Origin: Nageia nagi
Lineage: Eukaryota > Plantae > Pinophyta
Assembly: GCA_050084985.1 (NCBI GenBank)
Contig: JBITNC010000001.1
Location: 154,814,001 to 154,878,000, forward strand
DNA: 64,000 nucleotides
Direction of reading: 5' to 3'
Below are positions 13,844 to 24,419 of the stretch, one piece after another; position 1 is the first letter of the stretch; the number at the start of each line of letters is the position of its first letter. The notes beneath the pieces were generated by a model. The model saw only the letters and a program-made list of their open reading frames with translations. It did not search any database and had not been told where the DNA came from. The position numbers were made by a program, and so were the translations under genes.

Positions 13844-14608
13844 TCATGCCCCTTGGTGCAGAGTTTTAGCTCCCATATATCTATTTTGTAGAGTTCAGTT
13901 CTTATGCAACTGCAGCATACCTCTTGGTGTAAAGTCTTAGCTTCTATTGCTGTTGTATGGAACTAGCTCTCATCATACCCCTTGGCATGGAGTTTTAGCT
14001 CCCATATATCTATTTTGCAGAGTTTGGTTCTTATGCAGCTGTAGCATACCTCTTGATGCAAAGTCTCAGCTTCCATTATAGTTGTATGGAAGTTAGCTCT
14101 CATCATACCCCTTGGCATGGAGTTTCAGCTCCCATATATCTATTTTGTAGAGTTTAGTTCTTATGCAGCTACAGCATACCTCTTGGTGTGAAGTCTCAGC
14201 TTCCATTGTAGTTGTATGGAACTTAGCTCTCATCATACCCCTTGGCATGGAGTTTCAGCTCCCATATATCTATTTTATAGAGTTCAATTCTTATGTAGCT
14301 ATAGCATACCTTTTGGTGCGAAGTCTCAGCTTCCATTGCAGTTGTATGGAACTTAGCTCTCATTAGTGTGTTGTCATGTGTTGTCATGTCTTATCTTGTG
14401 GTGTTGTCTTGTTGTGTTATCATTGTGTTATCATGTGTTGTCATGTCTTGTCTTGTGATATTGTCTTGTTGTGTTATTAGCTTATCATGCCTCTTGGTGT
14501 GGAGTTTCAGCTCCTATATATCTTATAGAGTTTGATTCTTATGCAACTATAGCATACCTCTTGATGCGAAGTCTCAACTTCCATTACAGTTGTGTGGAAC
14601 TTAGCTCT
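13844..14608 (+). repeat. 130-bp tandem repeat (4 contiguous units plus 1 displaced) with TG-rich spacer
   Basis: Units start at 13844, 13973, 14103 and 14233, with a fifth at 14485. (tgtgttgtca)-like low-complexity sequence lies at 14366-14480 and 14613-14760. Confidence 0.9.
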
Positions 14609-15058
14609 CCCCTGTGTGTGGTCATGTGTGGTCATGTGTGTTGTCATGGTTATCATGTCTTGTCTTGTGATGTGGTCTTCTCAAGTTGTTGTTAGGTCAT
14701 CATGTGTGGTTAGGTCATCTGTCAAGCCATCATTTTGTGTATGTGTGTTGTCAAGTTTGTTTTCATGAATCATCAGTGGTATGGCAAGATTATTAGATAG
14801 AATAGCAAAGGGGACCACCTGTGGCCTCCATATATCAATAAAGGCAAGGGGGCAAGTGTGTCCAAAACATCACAAAGGGAGTTTTCTCAACCCATATCTA
14901 GTACTAACAAGCTTTGTCATGATTTTGCTTGAATTTAAAATGGTTAGTGTATATCATTGCTTGTCAAATTTTTTGCTATGATATTGTGTTTTTACTTTAA
15001 ATGCAAAATCTCAATTCACCTCATGTTTCTTTCGATTTCATATCCAAAGTGGGGCATC

Positions 15059-15915
15059 TGTTAACACATAAAAATGAATTTATGTTTTTAAATCAATAAA
15101 TTAATGAAAAACATGCTTGGTCTAAATATATGTCTTGAATGTCTTAATGTGATAATATTAATGTTTGTCTTGAATGTGAATTTTATAATGATTATCTTGA
15201 ATATTGCATGGATTATCTTGAATATTGCATGAATTATCTTGTTTATTGGTGTGGTTATCTTGAATGTTGTGAATTAGCCTTGTTTATGTAGATGCAGGCT
15301 GACCCATGGGTTGTATTATCTATTATCTATATAAATAAGGGATCTAATAGTAATTCCACAATCAAGGATACACATGATCCCGCGTATGGTCTTGTAGTGG
15401 CAACCCCTTTAGGTATCTCTTGATACCACCTACAAGGCTATGGTTTGTGTACTTCCTTTCATGAGCTATCCTAACATCTATGATCTATTCTGATATCACA
15501 CTGCTATCTAAGACATCTATATTGAAGTTTTGGACTTGATTTAGAGGTCAAAAACTATCAAAAGAAGGCCATCAGTGCTCCCTTATGAACCAAGAACACC
15601 ATCGGTGCTCTCTTATCTCTGAAATAGACCACCCGTGGTCCTCTTTTTGCATCTTCACAGGTCACTACATTTTTAAGGGGTAGTTCATCATTAGTACATT
15701 GCCAACATCTTCATCTTTTATTGTCAAGTATGTTCCGTGAGGTAAGTATACAAATTATAGCCTTGTTTGGTACAATTACATTTAAATTTCTGAATCGGTT
15801 ATCTTGTTCATTGCTATTGAGAATAAATTGCTATCCGTAGCTCAAATATAGATATATTGGGTTTGTAGATATTTACCTATTTATTTATTTGCATGCTCAA
15901 TTTTATTTGTAAACA
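15059..15915 (+). repeat. 3' LTR of B
   Basis: Copy of 9942-10798, preceded by aaagtggggcatc. Confidence 0.95.
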
Positions 15916-17830
15916 TTTGGCATAGTGTTAGTGCTTATTTATATTCTAGAACACAAGAGAATACTTTATTATTCTTGGGTGCTCAATTAGTTTTACTTTC
16001 ACTTACCTATAAGTAGGGATTAATGTATAACTCTTGAAGTTTGAAATAAAATGTGTAGATACTATTTGTATTGCTTGATTCATAAAATGAAAAGGGATTC
16101 AAATAGATTGCACTATTTATAATACTACATTATCAATTTTGAGTGGTTTTATATATTGTGAATAAATTTATTATATAATCATTTTTTTGCATAACACATA
16201 GGCAATAAATATGTTCATGGTGAGAATTTATATGGTATTTCATTGCATAAATGCATATTGCTTGTTGGTATTTGGGTTTTGCATTATAATATTACATGAT
16301 TTGTATGTACATTTGGTATATGTATAGACTATGGAACCTTACTCACCTTTAAACCTAGATTGGAACCAAAACTAAATCAAAAATATGAAACAAAAATATG
16401 AAACCAAAACCTATAATGAAATAAGGAGTTAAGGTTAAATAAAAATAATGGAATGAACACCAAACTTGAACAATAATGTGTAGAATTTATTGTGTCTATT
16501 TTTTTGAAAAAGGCTCTAATTTAAATGTTGTATAGGATTATGCAATCAAATGTATATAACATTTTATCTCTATAAGCTATAACATTAAGCTCTTCTTACT
16601 AGGATTTATTCTCACCCTTGTAATTTTAAAATTATAGGAACTCATGTAGGATATTGATAATTTGGATATAGTATAGAAGAAATTTTGGGATAGAAAGTAT
16701 TAAGTTTTGATACTCTTAATACTCTAGATGGATATGCATCCATAGGAATATAATGACTTTAATTTTTTAAATCTTTGTCTCTAGGATATGATATAGGGTG
16801 TTAATCTAAATTATGAATATATAGTTTCTTTTATTTTATAGCTTTATTCATATAAGTGTAGCTTTTGGATTAGGCATATTTATTTCAAATTATATGATGA
16901 TATAGTATATAGAGCATTTTGTTTGGGAGTTCCATTTATGTATTATGTACGAATACTTTGAATAATGAATATAAATAGACTATTCTTCGAATATGATAAA
17001 GATACACCTATTATTTATACTTTGATATAATTTATTGATGAATTTAAAAGTGAATGATTTTATGTTTTATTATAAGAACTATTGGCATATTTTGTTCACC
17101 TGTAGATGTGAATTTCATTTTGATCACCTATAGATATGATGATTAATATGAATACTTGTAGATATGAATTTAAATGGGAATTATTGCACATAATAAGAAA
17201 TACTATGAATACTTGTAATAACAAAAGTTAAGATTCATATACAATTCATTCTTTGAGGTTTTTTTATAAATTATTAATTTAAATGATACACACTTATGTT
17301 ATGTCCAAACTTGTAACCTTATTATAGGGGTATTAAAACACCATTATCATCATTGGAGAGGAGATTTATTATTAAAGTTATCATGATAAATATGATGAAA
17401 TAATTAAATCACACCAATGGAAGTGCAGTTAATTTCATTTATAAATGTTGAAATTGAACTCAAACTACATATGAAATATGTGTGAATTATGACCAAAAAT
17501 GCAAAATATAGACTATGGATCCTATTAAGTGGAATGTAGTTAAATCTTGTTAAGTGGATACAACAATAAACCATAGATGTATTATGTCAATAATTATGTA
17601 CCATTGGTGAATTGCAATATTGATTTAATCTATAGAAAGATTTGATGTTGGTAAAGAATCCTTATATCCAAGCTTCATTTTAATTGCAACACTATATTGA
17701 ATCACAAAATGAGCTAAGTTCTAGTATATTATAAATTATATTTGATTACATGAATTTAATATTAAAAAACTATTTGTGTGGTCATTGGTTTGCATATAAT
17801 TTTAGTATATCAAAATGTTAGTATCTAATA

Positions 17831-18108
17831 GGAATGGTAATTCCTCCTCAATTGAGCGATAGTTTGACCATTCTTAATGAAGAGATAATGAAAATCAACT
17901 TTATCTTAGAGGAAAAGATAAAGTTGATCAAGTTTAGAGTATGGAAAAGTAAAGAAGATAGAAAATAATGCAAGTATTTATTATCAAAGTTTGGGGAAAT
18001 GTTTTCTTGGTCTTATCTTATATGACATGGAGCGATACTAATTTTGTAAGCACAATTTGGTGTTTCATGATGATGAAAAATTGGTTCAACAAAAGTTATG
18101 AAAAATAA
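17831..18108 (+). pseudogene. pol: Element C pol segment 1 (pre-RT region of a Tat/Ogre-type gypsy element)
   Basis: KYLLSKFGEMFSWSY...HNL...KLVQQKL*KI, which continues after insertion D as NSKSTLLVKK. Confidence 0.7.
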
Positions 18109-20721
18109 TGATATGGAACTAGAATCTAGAATGCATTTTATTATGAAAGAAGCCTTTAAATAGGAATTATTACAAAGAATACCATGGTAATGTACACATG
18201 GTATTACAAGATAACTGTATGGGTAAGTGCAAGAAGATGAGTCCCATATTTGGCCAAAAAGTGGAAGTGTTTTCCCTAATTTTGAGGTTTGTTCAGAATT
18301 GATCTCAAAATTTGAAGCGCTTAGAATCTAATTTTTGAAAAGGGTTGGTAAAAATGTAGTTCTCAAAGTCTAGTTTTCAAATATGTAATTTATTCTAATA
18401 CCCATATGATAGAAATTAATATTTGGTAGGAATGTTTAAAATCCATCGTTTAAAAAATATAATTTTAGAACCATACCCCCATTGTGTCTAGTAAGCATAA
18501 TTGGACTTAAATTAAAATATATTTTAAAATTATTTTAGGTAAATATACTTAATACACTAAATATTATGGAGGATATTTTTGTAATTTTTTCATGAATATT
18601 TCATTTTTTATTAATTTTTTATTGACCATGATTATCGTCTCAAAAATTTCTCATGTTTGGTAAGCATAATTTGACCTAAACTTATCATTTTTAATTTGTT
18701 TTTTTCCTTTCTCATGAATAATTGTATGCAAATTGTGTAAATATATTATTTTTTTCACAATTCTAAAAAAAATAAGTTATTGAATAAATACAAAACCCAA
18801 TATTTAAAAAATACAATTTCAGGACCATACCCATTGTGTTCGTCAAGCACAATTGGACTTAAATTGAAATATTTTTTTAAATTTTTTGGTTAAAGATACC
18901 TAGGACACTAAATATTGTGTATGATATTTTTAATTTTTTTCATGAATATTTTATTTTTTTTCCATTATTATCATGTTCAGCAAGCATAATTTGAATAAAA
19001 CTTATCATTTTTAATTTATTTTTTATTTAACTTGCGAAGAATTATGTGTAGATTGTACACATTTTTTTCATAATTATAAAAAAATAAAAAGTTATTAAAC
19101 AAGTACAAAAACATAACAATTCATAAGACTTCCTCCAAAGTGGGACTCATCTTCTTGCACTTACCCATAAATATTAAAGGATATTAAATAAATTCTTCTA
19201 AGCATTTAATCTTATCCTAGATAACTTAGAAAGGTATTTTATTATTATAATTCCTCATAATTATACCTAATTAACAATATTATTTATTATTTCTTATCAT
19301 TCCTCCCAACAACAAGAGCTTTGGTCCCCAAATCTTAGGAGGAGTTGAGAAGAGAACCCAAATGATCATGATTCAAAGTGGTTGATGTCGATACAATATC
19401 TAAAGCTAAAAGATGAAGTAGTGTAGGAGAGCCAAAATAATGATGAAAAAATTGTTGTTATGTTAACTATGACTATTGTCTCCTCAAGAGTAACTATACA
19501 AAAGTCCAAGGAATGATGGGCCATGGTATAATGAAACTACAACTCCAAGTGATGGAGCACCCAATGCATATGCTATGTGATGTCTAATGAACAATGGTGA
19601 TAATTGCAAAAATAATCCCAATAATTAATTTTGATTTATGGAAGAAGAAATAAAACACTAGAAGAATATTTGAAGTAAAAAAGAATCTAATAGTATGAAG
19701 ACCAAGTATCTTGAAAATGGAGCCCATCTACCAAAGGATGCAAAGTGAGTCCTCAACTTGAATCTAGGTCACGAAATTTTATTTTATGATAGAATTATGC
19801 CAAAATGAGGAGCTCAAAAATTGAATATCAATGCTTCATATGGATCCAAAATTAGACTTCAGATGATAAAGATACAACCTTATGAATACTTCATTAATTA
19901 ATGAACAATAATTAATGAAATAGACCCAGCATATAATAATGGTAGTCACACAAAGCATAAAGAGGAAAATTATTTCATACAACCAATTTTTTGAAGTGCT
20001 TGAAGTGACAAAGCCAACAAAATAAGATGGCACCCCAAATGGAGTTCTAAGGAAGAAGTTATGACAAAAACTCCTTCAAAATTGAAAATTGCCTAAATAA
20101 TTGCAATTTTGCTTTGGCAATCATGCCAAATGGATACTAATAAATGATGAGTTAGCATAAAAATAAGGTCTAACCATAGGAATTCAGGATTAATTTCCAA
20201 GTGGAAATTAGAATATGATGATAAATATACATTACATTTTATCCAATTGTCTCTCCCTAAACAATGTAGCTACTATCTCTATAAAAATAGGCAACTTCTA
20301 GAGGCCATAACTTTTGATCTAGAGCTTAATTTTATACATTATTTGGATCATTGGAAAGGTATTTATGTGTAGAATATGAATACCAAATTCTATTCTATTT
20401 GGAGTAGTATAAGATCCTCATTTTTCACTTACACCATAACATATATAGAACACATGGTAGGCACAAGCATGATTTTTGAATGCTAAAGGATGGATATGGA
20501 ATCACTAACCTTGGTTCAATGGCATCTCTCTTGGAGTTTCTCTTGACAAGAGATTGATAGGATATTGGAGAAATGAAGAAGAATGCAAATTTGTTCCAAT
20601 CATGAATGATGATAGGGAGGGGGAGATTGATGTGAATCCAATCCCCCTTTAGATCTCACATATAGAAATATGAGGGTAAGGCCACAATGTAGAACCATGC
20701 TCTGATACCAATGATATGGAA
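18109..20721 (-). mobile_element. Element D: short-LTR non-autonomous LTR element with a nearly deleted 5' LTR
   Basis: 3' LTR 18109-19299 (tgatatgg...cttatca; about 245 bp without the TIR insert). PPT complement ttcctccc at 19300. Perfect iMet PBS complement gctctgatacca at 20699-20710. Only tgatatggaa of the second LTR remains before the host RT resumes. Confidence 0.65.
18221..19166. mobile_element. Non-autonomous TIR DNA element (MITE-like, about 950 bp)
   Basis: Perfect terminal inverted repeat gggtaagtgcaagaagatgagtccca / tgggactcatcttcttgcacttaccc, flanked by AT on both sides. Internal ~355-bp tandem duplication (about 18452-18806 and 18807-19120). Confidence 0.85.
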
Positions 20722-22628
20722 TTCTAAGTCTACTCTATTAGTAAAAAAGAATATTGAAAACTATTATAGTATTATCTTTATTGAACCTATTGATTATTCT
20801 TCATGGATGTATAATATTATTTAATTTATGAATACTAATAAAGAGGTAAGATATTGAATAAACTTTAGAGATATCAACAAGTCATATTCTAAAAATAATT
20901 ATCCTCTCCCTAGTATTGATATGATTGTATGCTCTACAACTGGGCATGAAATTCTTCTTTTTTTGGATAGATGCTCTTGATATAGTCATATTAGAATAAA
21001 TCCTAATGATTACGATAATATGACATTCACAACTTATTATTGTACTTTTTTCTATGTTATGATGCCCTTTGGCCTCAACAATGTAGGAGAAACCTACCAA
21101 AGAGATATGATTTTAGTATTTTATGATCCTATACATCACTGCATTGAGATAAATGTATTTTCTATCCTTGCAAAGTTAAAAAATTTAAAATATGATATTT
21201 TACATTTGAAAAATATATTCCAAAGATTATGAGACTTTAAACTCAAATTAAAGCCTCAAATTATGCCTTTGGATTCCCAAGTAATAAAATTATTGGTTCA
21301 TAGTTTCAAGAAGAGAAATTGAGGTTGATAAAAAGAAAATTAAGTCCACCTTAGAAATGCATCCTCTAAAGAACCTCAAAGAGAGCATAAGCTTCTAAGT
21401 AAAAGTGCAAGCTACAAGAAGGTTCATTGGTCAATTGGCTAATAAGAGTGTGCCTTATTTCCACATGATAAAGAATAATTTCAAGTTTATTTAAGATGAT
21501 AAATATCAAGAATAAATTGAATAAATCAAAAGGTATATCTTAAAAAGTCCTATTTTTTAACCTCTTGATATTATATGCCTTTGAAGTTGTATATCTCAGA
21601 CATAAGGAAATACATGAGGGAAATTATTACCCAAAAAAGGTAGGATGATAAGGAAAGAGAATACAATACATAAATAGGATATTAGTAGATTATGAGACAA
21701 GGTATACTGTAATTGAAAAGAGTTTTTATGTTATAATCTTTACGATGGAAAAATTAAGGATTAAATAACACAACTTATATAATTGCCCAAGTTGATTCTC
21801 TAAGGTAGCTTCTCTTCAAAAGGAAAATGTTATTATAATAATTTAACCTCATTTTTATATGTCAAAAAGAAATTAAGGGTCAATAAATTAAATAATAGAT
21901 TTCATGGTTAAAGCACTATATGATGACTCATATGCCCTTCATGAGTAATTTCTAGATGAGTGTGCTTCCTTTTCTTATCAAGAAGATTATGAATGGACTC
22001 TTTATTTTGATGGTTCGAAGTGTATCAAAGATGTTGGGGAACATTTTGTATTGATATCACTATAAGTTTGAATCATCCCTATAGATTCTATACTTCATTT
22101 TGATTATACAAATAACATAGTTAAGTATGGGGTTCTTATTTTGGGTATAAATATTCTTTTTCTTACTCAAGGTAAAGAAGATAAATATATTTAATGACTA
22201 TATACTAGTCATAAATAAAACTAATAGAGTGTATAAAACCAAAGATATAAACTTGATTCCTTACAAGGATATAGTTAATGAATTTATTATGAAGAATTTT
22301 GGTAAGGCCAAACTAGAACATTTCAAAAAATAGTAACGGATTTATTAATCTTATAAATAATTCAATGTCATTAACTCCTATGCCCATTGAATATGAGGAA
22401 CCATTATTACTATCATAATTTTGAATAATCCTTCTCATTTGATTGATGAGTATATTAACTCATATTTTGTTAATGAGGATCCTTTCTTATGCTTTTCCAT
22501 TCCTTATGATGCCTATTACAAGTCCTTGAAACTTTAAGAAGAATCAAAATATAATTCTTAAGAACATAGGTGTAAGATATGCCCTTATTGGTGATGTTAT
22601 ATATTTAAGGTCATTTAAAAGTACTTTT
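20722..22628 (+). pseudogene. pol: Element C pol segment 2: RT, RNase H, additional (archaeal-type) RNase H, start of integrase
   Basis: FIEPIDYSSWM; MTFTT..TFFYVMMPFGLNNVGETYQR; aRH EWTLYFDGSKC...FDYTNNIVKY at about 21990-22150; LYLRSFKST at the E junction. Confidence 0.85.
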
Positions 22629-24109
22629 TGTTATTATCCAAGTGACATTGAGATGGGGGGTAAGTCAGTGTGAAGGATTAAAACTTTGTTCTTTAACTTT
22701 ATCCTTTAAAGAAGATAAACCAACTAGAATAATCACCATAATAATGCATCACATAACATAAATATAATGAGGTTCACAAATGTAGCTACATCCTTAGGTA
22801 AGACTACTTGGACTCCCATCCAATTCTAGAAAAATCAAAGCATCAACTTTACAACTAATATTTTGGCACCAACCCCTAATTTATCAATACCAATTGAAAG
22901 GAGCACCAAACCCCCTTGTTCAAGCACTAACTTGATAAATTATAGGAGCAATATTTTTGGCCAACTTGCCAATTATATTATAGAAGACCCTCACTAGTCT
23001 AGGTCAACATTTTTCATTTCTAACTATCTCTATTAGAAATATACAATAAGTCTCCATAGCTTCTATTCTACTCTCATTGTCAATTTATTATGACTTATTC
23101 TTCAATGGGAGTCTACTAATGTAATTACATTCAACCCTAGCATCTCTCCATCATAACTCAATATATTACAAAGTTTTCCATTTTATTTACATTACAAATT
23201 CATTTGTCATCCTTGTATGCTATACAATAATAGAAATTACTTCAACTTACTTGATGATCTGACTTCTAGTCAACCATACCTATAGGAATGTCAATAAAAT
23301 AAATATAGTATTTGAGCTTGGAACTTCCTAAGTATTTAACTTATGATACAGAGTAACTGCATGTGTTAGCTCTTCAAACTCTACATAAGTAATTGCACCT
23401 CCACATATGGTTTGGGTTATCTACAAAAATCTTCAACCTTTTGCATAATGCCTTCATCCACCTCCATCATCTTTCTACATAAGCCTATCTCTTTCCACAT
23501 AAGCCATTGCATCTTTTTATAAGATCTCACTTCTCTACATAATACCATTCCTTTTTGCATAAGGTATATCTTCTATGTATAAGATTTTTTTACATCATCT
23601 TCATTCTCCCTGAGGTAATCTACATCCTAGACACAACTCTATTTAATTTTGGTGGAGATACAACATAATTAGCATGAATAAACTTTTCCAAAGTGGTGGT
23701 AAAATAGAATATGATATACTCTAGCCATTTTAACACTTGTTGATTTTTATGGAGATCTAGTAGAGCCAAGTAGACCAAATTTCATTAGAACATCATTGAA
23801 ATCAAACAACTCCATTTTCTTCAAAATTTCATTGGATAGTTTAATTTTGATCTTGGTAGAGATTTAGTAGATCAAAATAGGCCAAATTTTGCTAGAACAT
23901 TGAAGAAATAAATTCACCAAAATAGTGCATTTTCTTCTTCAATATATTTTAATGGATTTATCTAAATGTATATGCCTCTAAATACTACCAAAACTTTGGT
24001 AAAATATGTCTCTTAATAAAACGTATTTCTTGCTTCACATAAGGCATCCTTTGATAACAATGAGGTTCATAATCTCCTTTCAAAACAATGATAACACCAT
24101 AGGCCAACA
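22629..24109 (-). repeat. 3' LTR of E
   Basis: tgttattatcc...ggccaaca; contains short cataag-core repeats at about 23440-23590. Confidence 0.9.
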
Positions 24110-24419
24110 ATCTCCCCCTTTAGCATTGTTTTCAAAACTCCAAGCATTAAGCATTCAATTTGCCAACCATAACATAGTACTATTGATCTTTTCTCCCCTT
24201 TTATGTCAACAATAGAAAAGGTTACCACTAATCTCCATGGCTAACACTGAGATAACTCCCTTGTAGTCTATACATTTCATTCTCATCATATTTCTCCATT
24301 TAATCCATGCACCATTCTCAAGTTCATGTTAAAAAGTAGAACAAAAATCAATATAAATAGGAGCGTAAAATAGAAAGTGAAAATTGCTCCACCTAAGAAT
24401 GTGTAGCCAATAGCTAGCT

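Larger units (their letters stand above)
9942..15915 (+). mobile_element. Element B: non-autonomous Gag-only (TR-GAG-like) Tat/Ogre-type LTR retrotransposon
   Basis: 857-bp LTRs with TG...CA termini, perfect TSD TTTGG (9937-9941, 15916-15920), tRNA-Trp PBS, PPT-like aaagtggggcatc, one gag ORF and no pol domains. Confidence 0.92.
1099..17830 (+). mobile_element. Element A: Ty3/gypsy chromovirus (Tekay/Del-like) LTR retrotransposon, degenerate, with two nested insertions
   Basis: Long homologous LTRs (1099-4343, 8865-17830), decayed iMet PBS, PPT, and gag-PR-RT-RH-INT-chromodomain remnants. TSD is degenerate (aaaac/ggaat; differences are transitions only). Confidence 0.9.
8865..17830 (+). repeat. 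3' LTR of element A (split by element B at 9942-15915)
   Basis: Homologous to the 5' LTR on both sides of B. The empty site ggttttggcatagtg is seen at 1991-2005. Confidence 0.85.

Noticed and set aside
13329-14362. CRISPR-like array
   Set aside because: Intervening sequences are themselves repeated rather than unique spacers. No cas genes, and the context is a eukaryotic LTR element.
13844-14362. Hammerhead ribozyme or retrozyme in the three-way-junction repeats
   Set aside because: No CUGANGA...GAAA...UH core at the junction on either strand.
14163-14981. Short ORFs in the repeat region of B
   Set aside because: They are translations of tandem and low-complexity repeats.
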